NCBI GenBank assembly: GCA_035637355.1
Contig: DASPXJ010000062.1
Location: 7,550 to 71,549, forward strand
Source of the DNA: Gemmatimonadales bacterium
Lineage (GTDB): Bacteria > Gemmatimonadota > Gemmatimonadetes > Gemmatimonadales > GWC2-71-9
Length of the DNA: 64,000 nt
Direction of reading: 5' to 3'
Shown here: positions 1-8,104 of the stretch, piece by piece
How positions within the stretch are numbered: position 1 is the first letter of the stretch
Layout of the letters: each line of letters begins with the position of its first letter
Translations under genes and position numbers: made by a program
The notes under the pieces: model-generated
The model's database searches: none
What the model was told of the DNA's origin: nothing
Seen by the model: the letters and a program-made list of their open reading frames with translations, nothing else

Positions 1-1
1 C

Positions 2-2701
2 CTCGCCCAGGTGGAGGCGGACGCCCGGTTCTATCAGGCGTCGGGTCCATTCGACCTCGGGCCGGGGCAGTCGCAGACGATCGTGGTGGCGTACATCCAG
101 GCCGCCCCGGTCAAGACCGCCGGCGTGACGCAAGGCACCACGTTGCCGCCCGGCATCCCGTTCACGGGTGACTCGATCGCCGCGAACCCGAGCAGGGTGC
201 GACTCATCGACCGGGTCGCGGGCTGGGTGTCGCAGAACGACGCGAACGGCAACGGCGTCATCGAGCAGAACGAAGTCGTGACGACACCCCGCTCGCTGCT
301 CAACAAGGCGCTGGTCGCGCAGGCGGTGTTCGACGCCAAATTCCTGCTGCCCAACGCGCCGTCGGCGCCGCAGTTCTTCCTGGTGCCGGGCGACAACTCG
401 GCGACGGTCGTGTGGCAGCGGAGCGCGACGGAGACCGACGGTGACCTCTACTTCAGCATCGCGAGCCGGCCGTACAACGTCGACTCGGTCGGCGACAGCA
501 CGCGCAACGCCCTCTACGACCCGAACTTCCGTCAGTTCGACGTCGAGGGCTACCGCATTTACCGCGGCCGCACCTCGAGCGAGCTGCAGTTGCTCGCGCA
601 GTTCGACTACTCGGGGACACAGATCATCGACTACACCGGCGGAGTCGCGTACGGCGACCTGACCGGGGACGGCCATGTGCAGTGCGCCCCCGAGCTCGGG
701 TTGCAGGCCGACTGCCCCGTCGTGTTCGACACGTCTTGGGTAAAGACCAAGGGTTACCCGACCGAGCTCGCCGGGCAGGTCATCCAGGTTAAGGCGGGCG
801 AACGGGTTCAGCTGGCCAATGGCGACGTGCTGAACCTCACGGCGGATACCGCTATTGTCGGCGGTGCGCGTGGCTTCCCGCCGCTGACGAACACCGGCGT
901 GGCGTTCGCGTATAACGATAACAACGTCCGCAACGGCTTTACGTATCACTACGCCGTCACGGCATTCGACGTGAACTCGGTGAAGTCCGGTCCCAGCTCG
1001 CTCGAATCGACGCGGATCACCAAGACGGTGACGCCGCGGGCGCCGTCCGGCCAGGAAGTCGCCGGCACGCTGGCGCCGCAGGAGCTGCTCGCGGCGAACG
1101 GCTCGGTGCTCAACGCAGCGGCCCCGCTGCCGACGCTCGATGCGACGACGGGTCAGTTCTCCGGCCCGATGCCCCCGACCGACGGCATTCAGGTGGGCCT
1201 GGCGGCGTTCCTGCCGCAGTTGCTCGGCAACGGCAGCCTCACGGTCAAGATCGACTCCATCACCGTCGGCATGCAGGAGCTGGACGTGCTGCCGGGGTCG
1301 GCGCGCGACGCCGTCTACTATTTGACGGGCCAGGGCGCGGGGGCACCGGTACATTTCGTTCTGCCGATGCAGCCCGCCAGCGGTTTCGACGGATCGACCG
1401 CAGATACATCGGCCAGTGCCGCCTTTGAGGCAACGGCCATCGACTCCGCGAAATCATCCCGCTTCGGCGGCAACCGGACGTTCTCGCTGTTCGGGCAGAC
1501 CACGCTCGCGCTTCCGGGAACGTTCCGGCTGACGAACTGGGGCCGCGCCGATGCGAATGGCATCCCTGAGAACTCGGCGCGCAATGGTCCGCGCTGGTGG
1601 GCGGGAGCGGCCAACGAAAACACGGTCGATCCCGTCGGCGGTAATTGCACGCCCGCGAGTGGCGGGTGCGCCAGTACGGTGAAGGTGCCCGATCTTACCA
1701 AGACGGCCGGGCAGATCGCCGGTGTGACGATTGCGGGCGTGCATTCGTACCTGCAAACACCCAACTCTCCGGGCCGGATCCTCGAAGGGGCAACAGCCAC
1801 CGTGGCTCGCGCCGCCGACTTCCACGTCGTGTGGGGGGCCGCCGGGGCGATCGACACCGTGTGGGACGACACGCACGGTGTGCCGGTGCCGTTCAGCGCC
1901 AAGGTGGGACCGAGCTGGGGCATTCTGGACACAGCGTCGTTTGCCAATACGCCGCAGGCGTCGACTCGTGACGCCAAGAATGGCCTGCTCACCTGGTCGG
2001 ACATCTTCTGCGTGGCTCCGATGCCGCGCTACACGACGCAGTGCGGCGGCATTGCCGACTCGCTCGGTGCCGTGCTGCAGAACACGGCGTCGTTGGACCC
2101 GATCGCGATCCGCGACACGTTGGCCAGCTACGCCGGGACCGCTGCGGCCGGGTACACGACCACCGGCGACGGTTTCATCTTCTATCTGAACGGCCACTTC
2201 TTCCTGATGCAGATGGCCACGCTGCCCACGGCCGGAACCGTGTGGCACGCCCGCTTCTATTCGGGTGTGATCACGGGTACGTCAGGCTCTTACGCCTTCG
2301 CAGGGGAAGTGCGGCCGCCCAACGTGCCGGGCCTGCGCGTGCGGGTGGTGTACACGGGCTCGACGTTCAATCCGGCCACCACGACCGCGGCCAACATGCA
2401 GCGGATCCACACGGTGCCCGATCCGTACTATGTGTCGAACGCGCTGGAGACGAACGCCAACAACAAGGTTCTCAATTTCGTGAACCTGCCGGCGCAGGCG
2501 ATCGTGCGGATTTACTCCGTCAGTGGTGTGCTGGTGAATGTCTTGACGCACAATGATCCCACCGGTGGCGGGTTGCTGACGTGGAACCTGCGGAACCGCA
2601 ACAACCAGTTCGTAGCCTCCGGCGTGTACTTCTATCACGTCGAGGCGCCGGACGGCCAGACAAAAATCGGCCGGTTCACCGTCGTCAACTTCGCGCCATG
2701 A
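2..2701 (+). CDS. Large secreted protein, 5'-truncated at the window edge, with FN3-like modules and a C-terminal T9SS-type (FlgD-Ig-like) sorting domain
   Basis: The frame is open from base 2 (the ORF track starts at GTG 11). GYRIYRG and GFTYHYAVTAFD motifs are typical of FN3-like modules. The last ~75 aa (AIVRIYSVSGVLVNVL...WNLRNRNNQFVASGVYFYHVEA...GRFTVV) fit the T9SS type-A CTD / FlgD-Ig pattern. Third codon positions are G/C-rich. Confidence 0.6.
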   Translation, partial: LAQVEADARFYQASGPFDLGPGQSQTIVVAYIQAAPVKTAGVTQGTTLPPGIPFTGDSIAANPSRVRLIDRVAGWVSQNDANGNGVIEQNEVVTTPRSLLNKALVAQAVFDAKFLLPNAPSAPQFFLVPGDNSATVVWQRSATETDGDLYFSIASRPYNVDSVGDSTRNALYDPNFRQFDVEGYRIYRGRTSSELQLLAQFDYSGTQIIDYTGGVAYGDLTGDGHVQCAPELGLQADCPVVFDTSWVKTKGYPTELAGQVIQVKAGERVQLANGDVLNLTADTAIVGGARGFPPLTNTGVAFAYNDNNVRNGFTYHYAVTAFDVNSVKSGPSSLESTRITKTVTPRAPSGQEVAGTLAPQELLAANGSVLNAAAPLPTLDATTGQFSGPMPPTDGIQVGLAAFLPQLLGNGSLTVKIDSITVGMQELDVLPGSARDAVYYLTGQGAGAPVHFVLPMQPASGFDGSTADTSASAAFEATAIDSAKSSRFGGNRTFSLFGQTTLALPGTFRLTNWGRADANGIPENSARNGPRWWAGAANENTVDPVGGNCTPASGGCASTVKVPDLTKTAGQIAGVTIAGVHSYLQTPNSPGRILEGATATVARAADFHVVWGAAGAIDTVWDDTHGVPVPFSAKVGPSWGILDTASFANTPQASTRDAKNGLLTWSDIFCVAPMPRYTTQCGGIADSLGAVLQNTASLDPIAIRDTLASYAGTAAAGYTTTGDGFIFYLNGHFFLMQMATLPTAGTVWHARFYSGVITGTSGSYAFAGEVRPPNVPGLRVRVVYTGSTFNPATTTAANMQRIHTVPDPYYVSNALETNANNKVLNFVNLPAQAIVRIYSVSGVLVNVLTHNDPTGGGLLTWNLRNRNNQFVASGVYFYHVEAPDGQTKIGRFTVVNFAP

Positions 2702-2712
2702 GGAGATACAAC

Positions 2713-3837
2713 ATGACCAATCATTTGTGGCGTGCCTGCGGCGCGATGATGCTCGCGGCGGTGCTGGTCGCTCCGGCAGCCGCACAGCAGGGCACACAGG
2801 ATAACACGGCCTACGGCGGCGCCTCCGGGGAGTTCCTGCTCCTCGGGGCGGGCGCCCGCGGCACGGCGCTGGGCGGCGCGTACGCGGCGCTCTCCACCGA
2901 CATCACCGCGATGTACTACAATCCCGCCGGGCTGGCGCAGCTCGCCCGTCCCGGCGTGATGCTGTCGACGAGTCAGTACATCGCGGATACCAAGTACGCG
3001 TGGGCCGGCATCGCCTTCCCGCTGGCGGGCGGCGTCCGCTCCGTGGGCCTCAGCCTCGGCTCCTTCGGGTTCAGCGACCAGCCGATTTACACTCTCACCG
3101 ATCCCGATGGGAATGGCCGCACGTACTCGGTGCGCCAGACCTTCATCTCGGGAACGCTCGCGCAGAACTTCTCCGATCGCTTCTCCGCGGGCGTCACGCT
3201 CAAGTTCATCAACGATCGGCTCGGCACCGCCAAGGCCAACGGCGTGGCCGTCGATTTCGGTACGAACTTCCACGCCTCGGTGGGCGCGCGGCCGATTCGC
3301 GCGTCGTTCGTGATCCAGAACCTCGGCACGAACCTGCAGCACAGCGGCGAAGATCTCATCGTCGGTGTCACGCGGCAGCCGCCGCTCGGCACCGTCGATG
3401 TGCCGCAGGAGCCGCAGTCGGCGGCGCTGTCGACGAGCTCCTGGACCCTGCCCGTGCTGTTCCGGGTGGGCGTGGCCCTCGATCTCGTGGCGCAGGGCTC
3501 CAACCACCTGACCGTGTTGTCGGAATTCACGCAGCCCAACAACACGAAGCCCGGCGCCGGCGCCGGCTTCGAGTGGGCGATGCAGAACATCGGGCAGCGC
3601 GGCTTCTCGGTCGCGGCCCGGGGCAGCTATACGATTCAGCCCGATAACCAGGTGAACGACCTGGTCATCGGGATACCGACCAAGGAGAGCAGCGGCACGT
3701 TCACCGCGGACGGGCTGTCGCTGGGCGGCGGGCTCGAATACGCGCGCGGCCAGACACGCCTGGGCTTCGATTACGCGTGGAAGAGCCTCGGCACACTCGG
3801 CTCCGTGAACTTCCTCAGCTTCAGCATCGGCTGGTAG
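2713..3837 (+). CDS. PorV/PorQ-family (FadL-like) outer-membrane beta-barrel
   Basis: ATG 2713 follows AGGAGA. Signal peptide MTNHLWRACGAMMLAAVLVAPAAA|QQ. The N-terminal motif ARGTALGGAYAALSTDITAMYYNPAGLA is characteristic of the PorV/PorQ family. The protein ends in an aromatic residue (SFSIGW). The ORF-track start at 2581 overlaps the upstream gene and was rejected. Confidence 0.6.
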   Translation: MTNHLWRACGAMMLAAVLVAPAAAQQGTQDNTAYGGASGEFLLLGAGARGTALGGAYAALSTDITAMYYNPAGLAQLARPGVMLSTSQYIADTKYAWAGIAFPLAGGVRSVGLSLGSFGFSDQPIYTLTDPDGNGRTYSVRQTFISGTLAQNFSDRFSAGVTLKFINDRLGTAKANGVAVDFGTNFHASVGARPIRASFVIQNLGTNLQHSGEDLIVGVTRQPPLGTVDVPQEPQSAALSTSSWTLPVLFRVGVALDLVAQGSNHLTVLSEFTQPNNTKPGAGAGFEWAMQNIGQRGFSVAARGSYTIQPDNQVNDLVIGIPTKESSGTFTADGLSLGGGLEYARGQTRLGFDYAWKSLGTLGSVNFLSFSIGW

Positions 3838-3880
3838 GAGCGAGGGGGGGGAGGGGAGCCGTATCGGCGTTGAGACGTAG

Positions 3881-5266
3881 ATGAAGCTGGGAAAAATGCT
3901 TCTGGTGGCGACAGCGCTGGCGGTGCATTGGGCCGCCGGCGCTGCGGCCCAGAGTCTCGAGATCGGGCTGACGCGCTTTTACCGGAGCGCGGGAGGCCAG
4001 ACGGTCGTGGACGGGTTTGCCCGGATTCCGTTTACGGCGCTGGATACCCTCACGCGCGGCCCGAACGGCGTGGCGGCGTATCGCGTCGCGATCTCGGTGC
4101 GCGACAGCGCGAATCTGCAGCTGGTCGAGCAGTCGTGGACCCGGAGTCTTCCGGCCCGGATGCTCGCCACCGCACGGGGATCGGCGCTGGAGCACTTCAT
4201 GTTCGCGGCGAGTCCCGGGACGTATACGGTCGAAGTCACCGTGCACGATTCGGCCTCGGGGCGGGTGACGCGGGAGCAAGTCCCGCTCACCGCGTTCGCG
4301 GTTAGACCGGCGGCGTCCGATCTGCTGCTCGCCACGGCAATGCGGGCGGCGGTGAGTGGCGACACGACGCTGGCCGCGGGAGAGCTGCGCAAAGGGAGCG
4401 CCATCGTGCAAGCGGCGGTGCGACCTCTGCTCACGCCGCAGCAGGCGCAGCTCGGCTACTACCTCGAATGGTACGGGGGGGGCCGAGTAGGACAGGCGGC
4501 GGAGACGGCAGCCGTGAGTGTGCGCATTCTGCGGGCGGACGGAACGCCCGTCGTGGCGACGCCCGCGCAGCAGGTGCCGTTCGGTCTGGGTGGCGGCGTC
4601 ACCCGCGCGATGATCGATCTGGCGGGACTGCCGGCGGGCGAGTACGGGTTCGAGGTGGTGGTGCAGGGCAGGGATACGACGGCCGCGCGGCGCGCGCCGT
4701 TCCGCATGGGCGGGCTCGAGTCGGTCGCGCTGGCGGAGCCTCCCCCGCCGCCCGACGTGTTCGAAGGCAAGAGCGAGGCGACGCTCGATACGCTGTACGC
4801 GCCGCTGATTTATTTGATGACGTCGGACGAGACGGGGATCTACAGCTCGCTGACGCTCGAAGGGAAGCGCGCGTTTCTGCGGCGCTTCTGGACGAAGCGG
4901 GACCCCTCCCCGGGGACGCCGGCCAACGAGCTGCTGGCCGCGTTCTACGGCCGGATCGGCGAAGCGAACCGCCGCTACCGCGAGGGGGGCTCCGCCGAGA
5001 TCCCGGGGTGGCGGACGGATCGGGGACGGATTTTCATCAAGTATGGGCCGCCGCAGGAAGTCATGCAGCGGCCGCAGGCGGGCAACACGTTGCCGTACGA
5101 AGTCTGGAAGTATTCGCAGGGACGGTTGCTCAAGTACGTGTTCATGGACTTGACGCAGTTCGGAAACTATGCGCTGATATGGACGGATGACCGTCGCGAG
5201 CCCAGCCGACCGAATTGGCAATCGCTGCTGGGCCCGGAAGGCGTGCAGGACGTCGCGCGCTTCTAA
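3881..5266 (+). CDS. GWxTD domain-containing secreted protein
   Basis: Signal peptide MKLGKMLLVATALAVHWAAGAAA|QS. The C-terminal motif PGWRTDRGRIFIKYGPPQEV...YEVWKY is the GWxTD signature. Confidence 0.75.
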   Translation: MKLGKMLLVATALAVHWAAGAAAQSLEIGLTRFYRSAGGQTVVDGFARIPFTALDTLTRGPNGVAAYRVAISVRDSANLQLVEQSWTRSLPARMLATARGSALEHFMFAASPGTYTVEVTVHDSASGRVTREQVPLTAFAVRPAASDLLLATAMRAAVSGDTTLAAGELRKGSAIVQAAVRPLLTPQQAQLGYYLEWYGGGRVGQAAETAAVSVRILRADGTPVVATPAQQVPFGLGGGVTRAMIDLAGLPAGEYGFEVVVQGRDTTAARRAPFRMGGLESVALAEPPPPPDVFEGKSEATLDTLYAPLIYLMTSDETGIYSSLTLEGKRAFLRRFWTKRDPSPGTPANELLAAFYGRIGEANRRYREGGSAEIPGWRTDRGRIFIKYGPPQEVMQRPQAGNTLPYEVWKYSQGRLLKYVFMDLTQFGNYALIWTDDRREPSRPNWQSLLGPEGVQDVARF

Positions 5267-5297
5267 TTCACATGAGTAATCACTCAGAGAGGTTCGC

Positions 5298-6410
5298 ATG
5301 AATCGTCGTCTCTTCGGAGCCCTCGGCGTCCTGGCCGTCGCGGCACTTTCCGTCGGAAGTTGCAAGAACGATCCGCTCTCCGACTCGGACGGCAAACCGT
5401 CGATGGTGGTCACTGATTTCTCGTATCTACAGATGTCGATCGGTGGTACCGCGACCGTCACGGCATCGGTGCTCGATGCGCGCACGACGCCGCTCGAGAT
5501 CCCGGTGACGTTCATCGCGTGCACCGCCGACGTCACGGTGGCGCCAGACACGAGCTACCATCCCATCCCCGCGACCTCGTCGCGCGCGATCGTCCACGCG
5601 GTCACGGCGAATCCGTCCTGCGTGGTAGCCTCGGCAAGCGGTGTCTCGGACACGATTGCCGTGGCGGTGCTACCGCAGGGCTTCAGCGGGGCCTTCTCGA
5701 GCGCGACGCCCAAAGGCGGCGACACGCTCACGATCAATTCGACGACGCTTCTGAATTTCGACACGTCTGCGATCGCGATCACGTTTGCGGGCGCTGGGAG
5801 CGCAAGCGCCGGCATAATCGTCTCGAAGACGCCGACGGTAGTTAAGGTGCTGGTGCCCTTCGGCGCGGCCGGTCCGCTGACGATTGCCGGCATCAACGTC
5901 ACCTATGTGCCCGGCCTGGTCGTGACGTTACCCGCGACCAACACCGTCACGCAGACGGGTGACTTTTGGGCCCCCGGCGATACGGGGTATGCGTCAGCAC
6001 CGGAGATTCCTCTTCCGACCGCGACCGGCAAAAGCACGAGTCTTGTGACCCTGCTGCCGGCGATTTCGAATGACGCAAACTGCGGTGAGGGTACGGGCGG
6101 CGGCGCCACCGGGAAATGCACGATCTTCAAGTACACGGCCAACGGGACGGACTCGCTGACATTCTCCGTGAACTGGAGCCCCGCGACGAACACGACGACG
6201 GGCGCGTCGGATATCGACATTTACAGCTGCGGGAGTGCCGGGGTCTCCGCGTGCTTCGAGGGCGGCCCCGCCGGCGCGGCCGGTGCAACAGGGAAAACGC
6301 CTGAAGCGTTCACCATCAAGCCGACCGCCGGCGTGCACTATTTCGTCATCGAGCAGTACAGCACGGGCGAGGACCCGAACGTCATTGTGACGATCACCAA
6401 GCAGAACTGA
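5298..6410 (+). CDS. Lipoprotein with Ig-like region and a pre-peptidase C-terminal (PPC)-like domain
   Basis: Signal peptide with lipobox (LSVGSC). The body is Thr/Ser/Ala-rich and looks beta-rich. The C-terminal SDIDIYSCGSAG...HYFVIEQYS resembles PPC domains. No enzymatic motif was seen. Confidence 0.55.
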   Translation: MNRRLFGALGVLAVAALSVGSCKNDPLSDSDGKPSMVVTDFSYLQMSIGGTATVTASVLDARTTPLEIPVTFIACTADVTVAPDTSYHPIPATSSRAIVHAVTANPSCVVASASGVSDTIAVAVLPQGFSGAFSSATPKGGDTLTINSTTLLNFDTSAIAITFAGAGSASAGIIVSKTPTVVKVLVPFGAAGPLTIAGINVTYVPGLVVTLPATNTVTQTGDFWAPGDTGYASAPEIPLPTATGKSTSLVTLLPAISNDANCGEGTGGGATGKCTIFKYTANGTDSLTFSVNWSPATNTTTGASDIDIYSCGSAGVSACFEGGPAGAAGATGKTPEAFTIKPTAGVHYFVIEQYSTGEDPNVIVTITKQN

Positions 6411-6430
6411 TCGGTCGCTCGCGCGAAACC

Positions 6431-7270
6431 TTACACGAGGCTCCGGGACTTCAGTCCCGGGGCCTCGTCGTTTTGGGGAGTGGAAGCGGACAGTGCGGCG
6501 AGCACCACCGCCGCCCACACCGCCGCCCCCAGCGCCACGTGCGCCGCCTGCAGCCCGTGCGGCAGCCCCAGCAGCACCGTCGCCGCACCGACACCGATCT
6601 GCAGCACGACCAGCCCCAGCACGACCTTTGGCCCGCGCTGCGGCGCACGCACCGCCCAGATCGCGACCAGGGTCGCGAGCGAGTAGGCGAGCAGCCGGTG
6701 GATCCACTGGATCACGGCAAGTGGCCCGGCGGTGATCCATATCTGGCCACTGCAGAGAGGAAACCCGCCACACGCGCCGGCAGCGCCGAGATTCGCCGTG
6801 AGCGCACCGAACAGCACGGTGACAAAGGCAAGCAGAGCCACAACGGCCGTCCCCCCTCGCCACGAAGTGGAGAGGGGGTCAGGGGGTGAGGACAGGACGA
6901 GCAATGTCGCGAGCAGCAGCATCGCCGTGCCGAGATGCAACACGACGCTCCAAGGAGGCAGCTCGAGCTTCACCGTGATGGCGCCGAGCCCTACTTGCAG
7001 CACGAGCAGGCCAACCGCGACCATCGATCGCCGCCAGTCCACCACCGCAAATGCGAGCACCAATATCGACACCAGCGCCGCCACCAACCGATGGCTCCAT
7101 TCGATGACCGTGCCGATGTCGCCCGTCGGGGGAAAGAGATGGCCGTTGCACAGCGGCCAGTGATCGCCGCAGCCCAATCCGGACCCGGTGATGCGCACGA
7201 TGGCGCCGAGAACGATGAGGAGGTAGGTACACAGCGCGGCGGCCCAGGCGAGCGTTCTGAAGCGCGTCAT
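6431..7270 (-). CDS. ctaA: Heme A synthase (COX15/CtaA family)
   Basis: N-terminal GSGLGCGDHWPLC Cys pair. Two HR-motif helices (EWSHRLVA, QWIHRLLA). Polytopic membrane profile. Confidence 0.8.
   Translation of the reverse strand: MTRFRTLAWAAALCTYLLIVLGAIVRITGSGLGCGDHWPLCNGHLFPPTGDIGTVIEWSHRLVAALVSILVLAFAVVDWRRSMVAVGLLVLQVGLGAITVKLELPPWSVVLHLGTAMLLLATLLVLSSPPDPLSTSWRGGTAVVALLAFVTVLFGALTANLGAAGACGGFPLCSGQIWITAGPLAVIQWIHRLLAYSLATLVAIWAVRAPQRGPKVVLGLVVLQIGVGAATVLLGLPHGLQAAHVALGAAVWAAVVLAALSASTPQNDEAPGLKSRSLV
6435..6474 (+). terminator. Hairpin plus short T-run after the lipoprotein gene; it overlaps the 3' end of convergent ctaA
   Basis: ACGAGGCTCCGGGAC-TTCA-GTCCCGGGGCCTCGT forms a 15-bp stem with one G-U pair, followed by CGTTTT. 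Confidence 0.45.
6851..6893. repeat. 43-bp hairpin element, copy A (inside ctaA)
   Basis: CCCCCCTCGCCACGAAGTGGAGAGGGGGTCAGGGGGTGAGGAC is about 90 percent identical by eye to 38336..38378 and in the same orientation. It contains a stem CCCTC(G/T)CCAC / GTGGAGAGGG. Confidence 0.7.
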
Positions 7271-7341
7271 AGGGCGCGAAATCTAATCGCTGACGGATTA
7301 GGGTTGGGGAGGGATGTAGCCCGTCTCGATAATGATTAAGA

Positions 7342-7491
7342 CCCGAGCTGAGAGCCCGGGCTCGGCGTGTGTGCGCAAACCCGGGCTAAGAGCCCGGGCT
7401 CGGCATTGTGTGCGCAAACCCGGGCTGAGAGCCCGGGCTCGGCGTGTGTGCGCAAACCCGGGCTGAGAGCCCGGGCTCGGCGTGTGTGCGC
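7342..7491. repeat. Tandem array of about 4 copies of a 38-39-bp unit, each with an internal hairpin
   Basis: The unit CCCGGGCTGAGAGCCCGGGCTCGGCGTGTGTGCGCAAA starts at 7342, 7380, 7419 and 7457. CCCGGGCT-GAG-AGCCCGGG forms an 8-bp stem. The last unit merges into the first REP hairpin. Confidence 0.85.
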
Positions 7492-7537
7492 CCTATAAGG
7501 GCGCACTTTGAAGCCGAGCGCGCCCTCTCAGGGCGCG
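7486..7537. repeat. REP-like hairpin pair upstream of the RAYT gene
   Basis: GTGCGCCCT-ATAA-GGGCGCAC (7486..7506) and CGCGCCC-TCTCA-GGGCGCG (7519..7537). Confidence 0.8.
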
Positions 7538-7589
7538 TCCACAATCGATACGCCGTGCGGCGAATTGGTTGGCGTGATCCTCGAGCGCC

Positions 7590-8045
7590 ATGCACTGTCC
7601 CGAGATGCCGGTGCGGCTCTATGGCTTGCTGACGTGGACGACATTGCGAAGACTGCCGCTCATCCACCCGCAGTTGGCGGCCTTTCTCCGTCGCGCGCTT
7701 CCGATAATTGCTGGACGCCGTGCGACTCGAGTTGTGGAGATCGGGATTGTGAGCAACCACGTTCATCTGATCATTGAGCTTTCCCCGCGTCCGGATCTCC
7801 CCCGCCTCGTCCAAGGATTGAAGGGCGCGAGCGCCCGCATCGCCAACCGGGACGGCTACATGCCACGGGCGCGGCTCCAGTGGGCAACGGGTTATGACTT
7901 TCGATCCCTCGGGGTTCGCGACCTGCAGCGCGCGATTACGTATGTCCGGAATCAGTCGCGTCGCCATCCGGAACTCGCAATCGAAGATTGTGTGCGCCCT
8001 GTAAGGGCGCACTCAGAGCCCAGCGCGCCCTCTCAGGGCGCGTAA
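7590..8045 (+). mobile_element. REP-associated tyrosine transposase (RAYT; IS200/IS605 TnpA-like Y1 HUH enzyme)
   Basis: HUH motif in IVSNHVHLII. Catalytic-Tyr motif in RAITYVRNQ. N-terminal YGLLTWTTLRRLP resembles the family's first strand. The gene is flanked on both sides by the same GC-rich hairpins. The last ~17 codons read through REP copies, so the true C-terminus is uncertain. Confidence 0.75.
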
Positions 8046-8086
8046 ACAACGGAGCTGTGGGGCCGAGCGCGCCCTCTCAGGGCGCG
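7992..8086. repeat. REP-like hairpins downstream of, and overlapping, the RAYT 3' end (three copies)
   Basis: GTGCGCCCT-GTAA-GGGCGCAC (7992..8012), CGCGCCC-TCTCA-GGGCGCG (8024..8042), and the same again at 8068..8086, preceded by GCCGAG as on the left side. Confidence 0.8.
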
Positions 8087-8104
8087 GCATATATTGCGTG
8101 ACCC

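Noticed and set aside
7342-7491. Possible CRISPR array, because a ~38-bp palindromic repeat occurs four times
   Set aside because: The repeats are directly adjacent with no unique spacers. No cas genes are nearby, and the array is contiguous with REP hairpins next to a RAYT gene.
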